64,000 nt of DNA, from positions 27,945,673 to 28,009,672 of the forward strand of contig OZ037766.1 of assembly GCA_964035545.1 (NCBI GenBank), given 5' to 3'. The notes under the pieces are model-generated. The model had not been told where the DNA came from. It searched no databases and saw only the letters and a program-made list of their open reading frames with translations. Each line of letters opens with the position of its first letter. Positions within the stretch are counted from its first letter, which is position 1. The DNA comes from Bugula neritina. Lineage: Eukaryota; Animalia; Bryozoa. This document shows, piece by piece, positions 1-41,100 of this stretch. The position numbers and the translations under genes are program-made.

Positions 1-971
1 GACTCGACTTTCATATTTTGCCTATAACAATAATAAATGAAAACAGAAGTGAAAATGAACAGATTAATCGTGGCTTTTTTATAGTTTCAACTTTTTAAGC
101 CCAATATAACTAATATTGTCACTTTTTGAACTTATATTATATAAAAAAAATTAATATCCGTAGCATCTGCAAATGATCAGGTTTTTGAGTTGCCAAGGTT
201 TAATTTTTCAAAATTTCAACATAATATATAAAGTCTTATCGTGCTATTAGAACAGTGTCAATAAGTTAGGTTTTACATTTTTGCATGCTACTTGTTTCAT
301 ACGTATTTGAATCCATTAGTATATATAATGCATAATGAGTTTTTTGAAGTTAATATAAACTATAGCTAATACCCTAGCCAAGTTATTAGATTATGCCTAA
401 TTGTTTCATAGTATTATATAATTTAATAAGAATACTTAAATAGAGTACTTATAAAGAAAGAAATTAATACAGTTTACAAGACAATAATTTTCATTCGATA
501 AGCTTTGAATTTATTTTAACCAACCTAAAGAAAATGGTACTAATTCTCATGCAATGATTGAAACACTCCATTAAAAAGAATGTGTATGTTCCTTAGAGGT
601 TTTTTGCACAAAAATGCTTTTCACAGTCTCATTAACATGATGAAGGCACCCAACAAGTACATGAGTAAGCTTAAATTAAAACTCATTCTGGCTGATCTAA
701 ATTTGCAGTTTTCTTCAACATTTACGGTAGGTACTCATATTCATATTAAGCTCTATCAAATTGCCCATTAAGTGTATGTACCAAATATAACAATTATAGA
801 AAACTTTCACATTTTTGATCAAACATCATAGGTCTTAATTTCTAAAAAGACAGCTACATGCATTTAAAATTTTCTAGTTTATTATGTATAGCTTGTTTAT
901 ATATATATTTTTGGTAACCAACAAAAAATTCAACAATTTTCCTTCTAATTCAAAAATAGAGCTTCAAATCC

Positions 972-1145
972 TCATACCATGCCTTCAGGTGATGGGTCAG
1001 TAGCAAAAAAGTTGTCAATTTTCTTTAGCATAGCCTCTCCTCTCTCGTTATAGCTTTGAATTTCTTTATCAACAACATAATTTTCATTGGCCATAGAATG
1101 TGCCAGTATAAATGAGGCAAGCAAAAATAAGCTTAGTTTAGTCAT
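972..1145 (-). CDS. Candidate small secreted protein (57 aa) or first coding exon of a secreted-protein gene
   Basis: Manual translation MTKLSLFLLASFILAHSMA-NENYVVDKEIQSYNERGEAMLKKIDNFFATDPSPEGMV*. Signal-peptide-like N-terminus. Possible phase-0 donor ATG|GTATGA at 978/977. Below the ORF-track length cutoff. Confidence 0.45.
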   Translation of the reverse strand: MTKLSLFLLASFILAHSMANENYVVDKEIQSYNERGEAMLKKIDNFFATDPSPEGMV

Positions 1146-1608
1146 ATTTAAGCAGCATGTACAAAGTTACACTTGAATTATAGCCCAAGCACAAATGCAA
1201 ACTTGTATATAGGTTCCTGAATTATATACTCTTTATTTTGAGACAAGGAAGTTATGTGATAGTTATATATATATATGTAAATAAAAGAAAGATGCTTACA
1301 AAGTATGCAACAACATATAAACAACTATTCTTACATCATAATCTGAACAAATGGTATTTTATAAGACTTTCTAAAGCAGCTGATATTTAAACTGATGTCA
1401 GGTGTATAAAACCTTGTTTGCAATAAAAAGGGGGGGGGGGGTAAACTTTGAAAGAGCTGCTGTGCACAGTTTGAGGTATAATAATGCTTTAAAATTACAC
1501 CTGGCAAAAATGATGGTGTTTAAATTTTTTTTTATAACAAACTCATTCAGTGAACAAATGCTAAATACAGCATTGATGCTATACTGCATTCTAGCAACAA
1601 CAAAAAGA

Positions 1609-2063
<455 letters not shown>

Positions 2064-2277
2064 CGCTCTCATTTAATGCTCAGCAATGACATTAAATGAT
2101 TGAGCACTCTCACCATGATCACAAAATTAAGCTGCTAGCATTTTGCAATGCTCGTGACTCCTAGGTGACTCCTAGAGTCACATGAGCACTCTGGTTTGAG
2201 TTTATACACCTTTTAAATATGCTTTAGTAAAACTATAAGTTTCTACTATTGCGAAGGATTGGGCCATAGTACTCTGT

Positions 2278-2324
2278 TCTGTGCTGATGAGGGGACAAAT
2301 CCCGAAACAGCTGCTGTCCGCAGA
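2278..2324 (+). ncRNA. Type I hammerhead ribozyme, intact core
   Basis: tctgtg-CTGATGA-GGGG-ACAAA-TCCC-GAAAC-AGCTGCT-GTC-cgcaga. Stems I, II and III can all pair. Confidence 0.88.
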
Positions 2325-2549
2325 TTGAGATATTATGCTCTCATTTAATGCTCAGCAATGACATTAAATGATTGAGCACTCTCACCATAGTCACAAACTT
2401 AGGCTGCTAGCATTTTGCAATGCTCGTGACTCCTAGGTGACTCCTAGAGTCACTTGAGCACTCTGGTTTGAGTTTACACACCTTTTAAATATGCTTTAGT
2501 AAAACTATAAGTTTCTACTATTGCGAAGGATTGGGCCATGGTACTCTGT

Positions 2550-2596
2550 TCTGTGCTAATGAGGGGACAAATCCCGAAACAGCTGCTGTCCACAGA
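2550..2596 (+). ncRNA. Type I hammerhead ribozyme with mutated core (CUAAUGA), probably inactive
   Basis: Same fold as the other copies, but conserved G5 is A at 2558. Confidence 0.7.
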
Positions 2597-2609
2597 TTGA
2601 GATATATAT

Positions 2610-2642
<33 letters not shown>

Positions 2643-4291
2643 TATATTGTTGCATTTGTTATATCTAAACACAAATTTAATAATAATATGGTATAAATAT
2701 GCTAGCCTAACTAATCCTTTTCTATAGACATTATACCTTCTCATTAATTGTTATAGCTCAGCATAAAACATTCTATAATCTATCACTTGCTTCTATGTAC
2801 AACAAAAAACTTATTAAACAACATAAATACTACATATAACTTTTAATTGATTTTGATTTTATAGTTTAATGTGGTTTTTGTTACCCGATAATTAATATAT
2901 GCGTAGGGATTTTTTTCTTTCTATCAATTAATAATTGATTATAAAATCTTATAATCCTAAACTGAAGTGCTTTGCTGATTTCAAACTCAACCATAAGAGC
3001 TTCTACCCTGTAGCCTGTAGTTTTGACGTTACACTACAGCTACCATATATTATATACATCATTTTGGTAAGCAATATATAACTTGATAACTATATAACTA
3101 TATAACTTAATATGCAGCTGAAATGTATTGGGCCTATGGGTTAGCATCAATTAGGATAATTCCAACTACCTTGTTGAAGATGGCATTGCTTGATATATTA
3201 GGAGCTACAAGCTATAAAATTGTATTTTACTCATGTGAGTGAGGTTTGGGATAAAAATCAGTGTGTAAATAGTTTATAAAAACATTTCAAATTAAAAAAA
3301 TTAATCTAAATTATCAATATGCAGATTTATTATTTTGCATTTAATTGTAATATAGACCATTTGAAAATATTTGAACAATCTATCTAGAAATTACAAAATG
3401 CAGTTTCTTTTTTTTAATTTAATAAGTGAATTATTATTTTTACAGTTATATTTTGATTTCTCCATATATTAATATAGATATGAATTTTTTTGCTATTTTC
3501 AACAGAAGCTGCTTATGCATGTTTAAATGAATTTATTGAATATTGATCAAGTTGAAGAAACCATAGTGTAACCATGACTCAACTGTTGTTCAATATATAC
3601 TTTTAATTAGTAATATGCAGCAAAATATTCTGAAAATTTATTATAGCTAAAATTTACTTTTTAAAAAATTATTTTACAAAAGCGTAATATAAAAAGTGTT
3701 TAGTAAACATAAAACTATTTTTAGTTATTCACTTTTGGTTTTAAGATATTATAAGTCATATATAGCCAACAAAAATGTTTTGCTAAGGCACCTGCTCTAT
3801 TAAAATTTAATCAAATTTGTTTAGAAGGTTAAGTATTCTTTTATTTAAAATTTATAGAATCTAGCAAAAGCCTTCATATAGTGCAACATATGCATTACAG
3901 CTCATAAAATACACTGTGGATTTAAGCTGCCCATAAAAAGGCATTATTAAATTTTTCACTGAGAAGTAATATAAGTGAATGTATATATTTTTTTACAAAA
4001 GATGCAGTTGGAAAACCACAGCAGAAGTTAAATTTATGACACACTATCATTGTAATAACAGTGTATGCAAAATATCAAGTATACATAAGAAATTTCAAAA
4101 CATGACAAATTACATGCTTTTATTTGAAAATTTCATATAAAGCAAATTAAGTAAAATGTTATCAAAGGCTAGTAAAAGATATTCTTGAGATAAACAAAAA
4201 ATATTAATAAAACCAATCACATATAAAAATCAGAAATAATAAAATTATTAATCAAATGTAGTAATAAAATTAATTTGTTTTTTTTTCAATA

Positions 4292-30121
<25,830 letters not shown>

Positions 30122-30460
30122 CGCTGCAAAAATAGAACAATTACAGTGATTATTGTTTGCTGCCACAAAAATTATATAATTTCACCAACTACTTATTAGT
30201 TGAAAATAAAATTAATACTTCATCTGTAAACAGAATAAATCAAATGTAAGTTGAACCTACAACATGTTTAGTATATATCATATAGTCACACATAACAAAA
30301 CTGATATTTTACTTTTACATAATATATAAAATGAGCTACCAGATTATTCTTATACATATACCTTAGGTTTTACAGACATGCACTGACACAATCACTATGG
30401 TGTATATATAGTTGTGCTATACACAGTAATAATATTATTTCTAAGATGAAGAATAATATA

Positions 30461-30523
30461 AAGTTATACCTTTATATTTCAGTTCATCATAATATGATGA
30501 ACTGAAATATAAACGTATAACTT
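30461..30523. repeat. 63-bp near-perfect inverted repeat upstream of the DEG/ENaC start
   Basis: AAGTTATAC-C-TTTATATTTCAGTTCATCATA-A-TATGATGAACTGAAATATAAA-C-GTATAACTT. Confidence 0.85.
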
Positions 30524-30974
30524 AAAGGTATTATTTCCGAGGAATTAACTACATTAAATCAATATCCTGGCTCTCATTAAAAGAAGGAGAGATAACAAAG
30601 TTTAGCTTTATGTGTAAACATGACTATGCAAGTTACAAAATAAAATCAATAAAAAAGTTGCTCAACCCTTTACATAAATTTATTAATAATTCATTAAATA
30701 GCTATTTAATAAGTCTGAAGTATTATGTATCATTAGTTTCCTTTCTCAGCAACCACACTCTTGTCATTCACTGTCGTGCAATAAACTGGTTGAAGACATC
30801 TTTTATCTGCAGCTATAGTGCTCTTTGTAGCACATTTTGACATATGTTCTGTATATCGCACAACTTGTACAGAACATGTTATTATAGCACACATATAGCC
30901 TATATATATATAGCCTATATATATATATAGGCTATAATATATAGCCTATAATAATATATAGCCTATGTATATAG

Positions 30975-31069
<95 letters not shown>

Positions 31070-32317
31070 CATCACAATAATCACAAAACTGTTTATATAG
31101 CTGCATTTTTATACAGGTACACAAACAAGTCCATTCGGCAATCTGTGATATTTTAGGTACATTAAATATACCTCATAAAATTCTTCAATATATTCAAAAG
31201 GTAATTTAAAAGCATTTGTTTACATTGTAGTCAATGAAGCATAACTACAATTATAATTACTTAGACGTTTTTTGACTAAACAATTTTACTTGTGAAGAGC
31301 AGATAATTGCTAATAATATATTGCACAAAAAGTAATATTGCGTCAGATTTGTAATATGAAATTATCTTTTTATAATTAGATAAAATTTTAGTTTTGCATA
31401 TTGCTTGCGAAAAACAATGCAGAAGCAATATTCAAAATTTTATTTAATGAAAATTATTTGTGGAATTTTTCAGAATATGAATAAAATGACAAGACACTAC
31501 GCCTCTAATATTTTGCAAACGAGTTAATAGCAGCAGGCTGCTAGAGGTCTCAGCAGTCATACAAGTGAGTAGTTATACCACTCTATTCATATTATATATA
31601 TACTATGTATTATGTACAACTATATGGATGAATGTTTTTAGGCCTATAACCATCCATATAGACAATCACGGTTTGATATACAAATGTTGTTTTGCATAGG
31701 AAATAGTTTGAGCAGTTTTAGTCTGTTAGAAAATCAAATGATTTAGTTTTTAATAAAATTTGACTTACAAATACTTTTCAGCAGAAAATTGAGTTTCTAA
31801 ATTGGAACTTAGTATTTAAGTTTAGATAATCGTTACTTACTGAAATTAATACTTTGGTCTTATAAAATACTATCATCATTAATCATTTATTGCCATTGAA
31901 ATAAATTATAAGAACGTCACAACTTACAAAAAATTAAAAAACAAACACTAATAACATATGCCTTATCGAATTGAGTTAAAAAAAATTAAATTAAATTATG
32001 AAAAGATAATCTTCTTTTATAATAAATTCATAATGGGAAATTACGTGAAACTTGGCTGAGCTTTATGCTTATTTTAGTCAATCAATCTACTCTATACCAT
32101 GACGTCTGACTGCCTACCTAGAGCAAGGCACTCAACCTCTATGGATAATCTTCTTCCGAGCCCTTCATTATCAGCTGAAGTAGTACAGCAGCTAAGTTTT
32201 GCAAAACATGGTCGGGAACTAGTAGTAGAGTTGGTACAGAGGCTAAGTGGACAGAGCTTCAACAAGTTGAGCAGACTCAGGCTACGGGACAGAGTGCTAC
32301 TTGAGAGACAGTTTCAA

Positions 32318-32785
32318 CTAGTTACACTACTCTGTATGTGTCACAGTATTTTATATTATATTATATTATATAATATTATATATAGTCACACTACTCTGTA
32401 TATGTGTCACAGCATATTATATTATATTATATAGTTATACACTACTCTGTATGTGTCACAGCATAATAGCATAATACAGAGTAGCTATAGTGTAACTATA
32501 TAATATATTATACTGCAATATACATATGCAGAGTATATAGTGTAACTATATAATATAATATAACATAATATATTATGTTATATTATATTATAGATTATTA
32601 TATACATTAGGTACACTACTCTGCATGTATTGCAGTATTTAACATTATATTATAACAAATTTACTGTTATGCACTCCTTTACATGCAATATTACAGCATA
32701 TTAATTAATTAAATATAGTTACACTATACTCTGCATGTATCATAGCTAGCTTATTATTATAATCTTGTATAGTTACACTACTTGG
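32318..32785. repeat. Degenerate direct and inverted repeats of TAGTTACACTACTCTG(T/C)ATGT with (ATATT)n
   Basis: Several direct copies and two inverted copies (about 32475-32550). Confidence 0.7.
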
Positions 32786-33270
32786 TATATTTTAGCAAAA
32801 CATAAGCCTACTATATTAGTTTTTTTTTATTGCAACCATGATAGCATAAAAGTCAGAAATAATTTTTACATTTTATTTATGCAGATATTATATTGTTATA
32901 CTTCTAGCCAAAGACCGATTAGGAAATCGCCTGAAACTCGTGAAAAGTGGTTTCTTTTTAGAGTCAGTTGAATGCATTTACAATGAGTTTAGGAGTGACC
33001 CAAGCATCATGCAACAGCAATTGTGTTGTAAGTTCTTATACAGTTTTAATTCAAACGTATACATATAATACATATAATAAATATAAACTAATTTTAAATA
33101 TATATATTTACAAGCTAGCAATTTAATTATGAACAAGTATTGAATGTTACTCTGAAGATGGTGCCCGAAATATAAGTTAATTACTTTGCCTATAATAAAG
33201 TAATAAAACCACAATTTTTCTCGCATACTTATTCATATAAACTTATATATATATATATATTATACATTTA

Positions 33271-33614
33271 GCCTAGGGCCACACGGTGCGTATTTTCGCA
33301 TGCAAAAATTGAAATCACAAGTAGCAAAGGTGTCCACTGTAGCGTCAGTGATGCGTGATAAATAAAGCGTTCATTTTTAAATCGCACTCGCTTTCAATAA
33401 AACACAATTTACTGGAATGTAGCACGAAAATAAAGAAATTGGGCTCGCTGAATAACTACCAGCCAATTAGGTGACGACGACAGAGACGATTCGCACTTGC
33501 GTTGAGAATGCAGAGCGACAAGTGCGAACGTTTTCTTAACGCGCACAGTGGACACCTTTGCTACTCGTGATTTCAATTTTCGCATGCGAAAATACGCACC
33601 GTGTGGCCCTAGGC
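33271..33614. mobile_element. PIF/Harbinger-type MITE (344 bp)
   Basis: 70-bp TIRs (33271-33340 / 33545-33614) starting GCCTAGGGCCACACGGTGCG. TTA target-site duplication on both sides. Confidence 0.88.
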
Positions 33615-35191
33615 TTAGCGCACATACACACATTAATTTAATGCAGATATATTAATATGTAAACAATACAGAAATGTAATGTTCTATTCAGAAAAAGCAT
33701 TTTTGAAAACCAAATTCTCGTTTAGGTTTCTTCAATGATTTTGTGCAACAGAATGCAACATGGGAAGGCATATGGAGTTTGCTAATTGCTGCTAGACGTC
33801 TCGTTATGCTGATAGCTAATGACTCATTAAGCAAACGGAGACCCTTGAAAGCCGTTATAGTTAGTCTTATCAGGACATTACTCAATAATGAGCAATGCCT
33901 GACACAAAACTTGCAAAGCTGGGTTAGTTTTAAATAAAAATTATCCTAATTTTAATTTGTTTTAGTTTTTATTACAGATATTTTACTGCATTATTTAACT
34001 ATAAACTAACGGCATATTATTTTGAAGTTTAGGCAATTATTTTTTAAATATTTAAAAACCAATTCTTTCAGTATAATAAAACAATTGATTTGTTCATTAC
34101 ATTATTACAGAACTTCTTGGAGCAAAGATTCAGTCATTTAGTTTGATGCCCTTACCTTTGGCACTACATTACAGTTGCAAGTCAGTCTGCATGTGGCCAT
34201 AAGCAAAGAAAATCATGTCTCATGTGAGCAAATGCGTAAACTTTTTTATAGATGTTTGAAATATTCTGTGTTGAGACATATTAAAGTTATTTTTACTTGT
34301 TGCAAAAGTTTGTTGTCTAAAAATAAACCATGAAAATTGCCATTGATATGTGAATATTTTTGTTTCAAATATTTTTGCAAGCACATCATTGGTTTTGAAA
34401 GTAAAACTAAATTATTAATAAAAACTTTGCGCTGCTAACATATTATAAATATATTTTACATGGAAATATACTACAAAACACATAATTTTGCATTCCACTT
34501 TGAAAATATATTCACGCAAAATTATCACCTATTTTCTGAATAAAATAAAAAAATTGAAGTCAATTCTAGCAACAATAGGTGTAAAATATAAATAATAATA
34601 TAATAATCACATTTTCAACCGAGTTTCTGAAAATTATCTTAAAGAAAATATTATATAAACCACTTTATAAAGCATAAAAATTGAATCATTGCACAGAAAC
34701 ATAAAAGAAACAAACTTCTGGGCTGTGAATAAATTTCAACAAAAAATTTAACTCCCCTTTCCATACCTATAATTACATTTTATATCAACATGACTGAAAT
34801 ATAGGTCAGCTGTGAGCCATAGCTCAGCTGTGAGTCATCAACACATGGTAAGATGCATGACAGTTTAGCACATTATCTAAACTCTCATAGACTGAAAAGT
34901 GAGACAAAACCGTAGCTTCCACAAAAGTGTAGCTTCCAAAATATTTAAGCACTAAAGTGACAAGTAAAATGCATAATCTAGCACATATATAATAAAAATT
35001 AAAATATACAATAATATTAGGACTATATAATTGCCGAGGTAAAACAAGAAAATATTATAGATAAAAACAGACAAAATAGTATATCAATAAAGTTTTATTG
35101 ATGCCCATTTACCGAATTGCAGTGAGATTTTGAGAGTCTACCATAGCTACCAGGACCGACGAGTAGGCTATCTGCTGTAGATGTCAGGTAA

Positions 35192-38100
35192 TTAGGAAGA
35201 TAGCTTAGCCAATGAACTGTGCAGAAGATCCATGTCACCTGGAAACACATAAACAGTTGCAGATATTAGCATTTGCATTCCAAATGCAATCATGACAACC
35301 AAAATGTTTTAAGTAGCCAGTCATGACCTGTTACACATAATTGTAGAGTAAGTTTAAATCTTAAAAGGTATTGCATATAGTTTTATTAGTGATACATATA
35401 ATTTATATACTGCAATCACTATTTTTCATTACTAAATTAAAGTTACATAATACGTCGTTCCATATAATATTCATTATTCTAAACACTACTGACTACTAAG
35501 CTTAAACAATACTTTTTCAAAATGAATTAGCTGGGAAGTCGTCTATTAATATAAAAAATTCAATTATGTAAGAACTTGATTAAATTGTCAGGCTTTTGTT
35601 AGACTCAACTGAGCATCCTCATTCTTAATAATTAAAATAGTGCGGGGGGGGGGGGGGGAGGGGGAGCACTAGAATTTGACAAGTGATGATGATTAGACTT
35701 TACAAATAATACAAAAGCTTAGTAAAAATAATTATGTAAGTCTTATACCCCAGAGTTGACCTACTTTTAATATCTTTGACAAGGTTCATGACTTGACTCT
35801 TGTGTTCAAGCACCTCTACTGTCTGTGTGTAGGCATTGTACCTGACATCAAATGGCCTGGGAATGCTTGCTGCCCAAACTCTGAAAAAGTTATGTAACAA
35901 AATACAATAAAACACAAACTTAGACAGTTTTTATTATTCATCAACCAAAATACATTGTTTGAGTCTAAAGCATTCTAAATAATATGTTTTTAAAAAGATA
36001 AAATGAGCAATGCAAGTTGTTTGAGGGAAAACAATAAATTGCTCTAAGCTATAATTAATATTAATTTGATAGTTTTTGAATCACTTTACACAGATTATTT
36101 GTTGGGGTCCAAAATCCTGAAATGAGGTAACAAAATAAAAAGTGAGAACAACTCCAACATATAATTTTATTAAATATTAGTAATTCTATTCTTATTCAAA
36201 TTTTAAATTTTTCTAGCACATGAAGTTTGAAATCTAACAACGCACATTACAATACAAGCAATAAGCAATCATACCCAACAAAAAAAAAAGAATGCTAAAA
36301 CAGCACATAGCTAAATTCTACATCAGTACAAACACATAAATCATGAATTAATTCAAAACTTTTAGATCTTGAAATTCCAAATTTAAATATTACTCAAATA
36401 TGTTTATATAGTGACAAATTATAAAAAAAAACACATTTTTTATAGAGCTGAAGCCAAGAACCAACCTGAGTTTAGACTTTGCGTCATCAAAGCTCTTTGC
36501 AGCAAAGTAGATGGGTTGATACTCAGTAATGGGGTACTCCTGGACGCACACGTTCTCAGGGAGGAACTCTTTGACCACAGGTTTGTCAGAGAGACAATAC
36601 TACAACAGAATTCTCTACACATCCAAGCAGCTCAGAACACAACATTCAGTACAACATTTTATAGACTTTACACAGAAAATTGATCTATTCTTTAATAAAT
36701 TTACTGGTTTTAGGAGTTGTCTTTGCAATTAAACTATGCTGTGCTAGACTAGCCTATCCTCCATATGCCAGGAAAAATAGTTATATTTGAACCATCACTG
36801 TATAAATACAAGTGTGACGGTGGCTTAGTTTCAACCCTGACATCTGAAAATATGAAAAGCAGCCGATGCTTTCTGCAGAAAAACTCACTAAAATAATTTG
36901 CAGATAATTTTGTCACAAAAAAAATACCTCGAGCTCTCCGAAAGAGGAAAGCAGGCCAGCACCAAATGCTTTCAGCTGTCCATTCTGTCTGCACAGACCA
37001 AACTCCACAGTAAACCAGTAGAGCTACAAATGTAATAATGTTGTTTAGTGCAAAGCATATAAATATTATGTGAATGAATAACAACTTATTTTTTCCCTGT
37101 TTGTGGTGTTTAAGGGCAATCTGGGTACAGTTCAATATTTGCTTAGCCAGTCTCCTTACATAATTTGAGTTTGCTAAGTATATTTTTTAATCATTTTGCT
37201 TGTTACAAAACAAAATCAGAATAACATAGCATACAAGAAGCTTTGCAATAAAAGGAAAGGAATTTTACAATTTTAAAGGGGTTTATAAAAACATTGAAAC
37301 ATGAAAGCATCTGGTTTCAAATATCCTTAGGCACATTAGGTAATAATTGGAATACTGACACATGCAGCCTTTTAACAAGTAACAAACAATCCTGGTTGTG
37401 TCTATCTTAATTACATCATTTGATATAGTAAAGCATTCTTGTAATTGGGAGTTATCTGCTCAAAAAGTAAAATTGAAGATGGAGAGTTGAAATATAAATA
37501 CATACAGTGGCTAGTTTATATATTAATACATACAGTGGCTAGTTTATATATATAAATACATAAACTCACTATTTTAAATATAAATACATACAGTGGCTAG
37601 TTTATATATAAATACATACAGTGGCAAGTTTAGAAATGAAGTCATCAGATGCTCCGAGGCTGACCAGACCTATTTCCTGTGAGAACTGAGCAAAGCTTGG
37701 GTCAGCAAACAGTGGGATATGCCCGAGGACTTCATGGCACACATCTCTGAACAAAGCATGTGCATTTTAGAACTCGCAACAAATAAAATGAGTTTAAGAG
37801 AAGACAACTCTATGTGAACATAAATTATGCTGGGTATACCAGCATATGAATTACGTAAGGTAAAACTTAAAACTAATCACATACAGTAGTTGGCAATTAT
37901 AGTATGTTCAAGACAGATATGTAAAAAAATTAACTTATAATAATATGAGTAGTTGAGGTATTAATTATATATTAAAGGCTGTCCAAATTTAGAGTTGTCT
38001 TCTCTTATCAAGGGTGATGCACTTTACTTCTTAAAACTTCAAAATATATATTTTTCTTACATTATAGTTGCTTGAAATTGTTATAGTTTAGCATAGATGA

Positions 38101-41100
38101 TAATTAGTTACATACAGGGGTGTAGCCAGTTGGGTCAACACTGGGTAAATTATAAGTTACAGGAATACTCACGGCTCAGGAGTGTAGAGTGGTTTAGAGC
38201 TGTGTCTAATGTACTGAGTGGAGTGAAACACCCTGAATGCCAGACCTGCCAGAAAATCCCTTGAAGAAAGCAAACCAGCCACTGGACGAAGAGTAAACCC
38301 AGTACAATCTGTGTAATATAAGACAGTTAGAAGGGGTGTAGAGCATAGACTCTAAAGGGTTATGACAACAGAATGGGGGTACGTAGTAAATATTAGTGCA
38401 TTAATTTCACTAATCTCTAACAACAAACTTGGAAATGCAATGAAAATAACATCTTACAAAACCAAAAGATTGTAACACAAAATACTGAGAGGGTATATGA
38501 TCCCTTCCTTCCTTCTACAATCAGTTGGTGGTTATAGTAGGCCACTGTCTGTCAACACTGCAAAGGTTTATTTAGTACAAACTATTACATAAGATGTTTA
38601 AAGCTTCAGCATGACTAGACTTGTATTGCACTCAGCTGTCCAAGCAATAAAAGAATTGAAGCAATGCAGTCAACAAAACAACACATATAATGTACATATC
38701 AAATTTCTTGACTCTACAAAAGTCAAAGTATCAAATGCTCAAATTGAAAACATACCTGATGAAATGTCACAGAAGTTTGGCACGGAGCCAACTTAGTTCA
38801 CCTTACCTTTGAGGAAGTCAGAAATGTCCTGCAGCTGTGGGATATTATCCCTCCTGAATCCACAGTTTTCAATGAGGAGAGGAAACACGTGGTTGAACTC
38901 ACTGCAGGCGTGTGTGGGGTAGAGTTTAGTCAGATTATCAAATATGACTCCCCATGTGGCAACCTCTTCCTTAGTATATTCAACTCTGGGAATTGGAGTG
39001 CCACTGCAACAACACATTTCAACATTATGTCAGCTTGGCCATAAACAAGTTAATAACTAACATGTGGACATTGGAGTTTAAACAGAAATTATTTCTTATA
39101 AAAGGTTACATTCTAAATATCCTGTTGGCAGGTTAAGATTTTTTTCAAAAACCAAGTATAAATGTTAAATGAACTCATATAAAGCTAAAAAACTTGTGAG
39201 ATTTCAAGAGTGCCGAAAATGTACTGTAGTACTGTATATATGATTTATCAAGTTCAAAGGGTTTGAGAATTGTACGGAAAAACTAGTTTCAGTTGTGAGA
39301 CATGCTGTGAAGCTGCCATGTTGGAAATGTTGGCTTAGTTTGGGGGTATAACTTATTTGAGTTTGAGGTGAGAATATTCAAATTAATTTAAAATCGACAA
39401 AATCTTAATTTTTTTTAAAACAGCCTTAAAAAATCTAAGCACTTTTGGCATTACTTTGTCTTAAAAAAAGTCAATAAGATATTCAAAAGAGGGTGATGAA
39501 ATTATGACTTTATGCCTCTCGTTTAAAAGACAGGGCTTTGAAAAGGACGAACAACCACTAACATAACTAGAGTAGACTATAATTAAATGAAATTATTTTT
39601 TCAATTAAAAAGTAACAGGAACCTGTTCCTGAGCGGTTTTGATTAAATGATTGGAATAATTATTTACACCTGTGTGAAAATTTAAAACATACTGTTTGTA
39701 GTGAAAAGCAATGTCAGCAAATTCCTTTCGTCTTGCTCTGTAAACGGCATCAGTAAACCCCTAAAACATTTAATGAAACATAAAAACAAGTATGAAGAGA
39801 AGCATCTGGATTAAAAGAGCTATCCAAGAACTTGATTAGCCTGTGAACTGTGTACTTTGAGAAGTGGGGTGAACAGAGTTCCCACACAACAAATAGGCTA
39901 GACTATTCCAGAACGTAGGCAATAGAATCCAGTGGGATGCTGTGCTAAGTTGTTCTCAAATCCTGAATATTACTGAATTAACAATTTAAGAAAATATGCT
40001 GACTAATAATATAGTAGGCTTAAAGTTGATGCAAATACTACAGGGTAACTGCATTGAGAAATGATACATTATGGCAATGGCCCATCAAACAACAGAAAGG
40101 AAACTATTAAATGACAATCCAAAAGAGATGGAGGTGTTCCTTTGTGATATGATTGGTTCATCTATCTTTAACAAAGATATGGATTTTCAGAACTGCAAAT
40201 CCAACTCTGAACTCTGGCCAACCACCTTGAGGTAAGAAAGCAAGTTCACATTATCCTCATAACTAATGGCTGTGTCCTCAAATGAAAGCGTGTACTGAAA
40301 TACAGCTGTTGAACACAACTAAGTTCGGCTAACAAGGATTGTGATTTTTCATAATCAAATCTGCAGCGTGGAAAGTATTTTCAGTTCAAGATTTGCTCTA
40401 CCACTTTATTATTTTGATATCCAGCAATTGTCCACTCTTGCTAATTGCTATGCATCTTCAGGTCTTTAGAGCATTAGGATTTGAGGTTACAATTTGTTAA
40501 ACAATTAACTGAAGTGTTACAGAATCTCTTCTCTTTCAACAGTTTATCATCATCTTATGTGTTTACAAATGTGCATTAAAATAATTTGAAATATTCAACC
40601 AATTTAGCGCATGATACGCTGCCTTGATTTCTACCGGCTCAAGAGAGTAGGCTACACTGATAGACCTTGACCCCCTATGTTCTGAGCTGGTTGCAGTGAA
40701 ATTTATCAATAGAAATTTAGGCATCTGTAAAAACCACAATTCAACTGCCAAACAACTGGAATATATACTCTAAACTAAAATTACATTAAAAGTTAAACTT
40801 TAAGTATAGCCATTTCTTTACTAGATTGTAAATCATTTTTCTAATAGTGAACCTCTTCTCTAAGAGTGAGTACCAGTTAGGTAGTTTTCAGTGATACAGT
40901 GCTCTTACTACATCTGTTGTTTCCATGCTGATGAAACTTACTACCCACAGTGTCCTCTGAGCCTAAGAAGCTTAATTTTAACAGCTAGGAGACTGACATG
41001 TAAATAACAGGGTTATTCATCTGGTTTAGTTCTCTTATAATCACAAGTTCAGCTAAATTAATCAGAATTATTTCAGTGCAAAGGTATTCCCCTGATAGGG

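Noticed and set aside
32099-33937. GC-richer ORF-like patches at 32099-32320 and 33690-33937
   Set aside because: No recognisable domain and no consistent splice model; could be exons or decayed repeats but cannot be supported.
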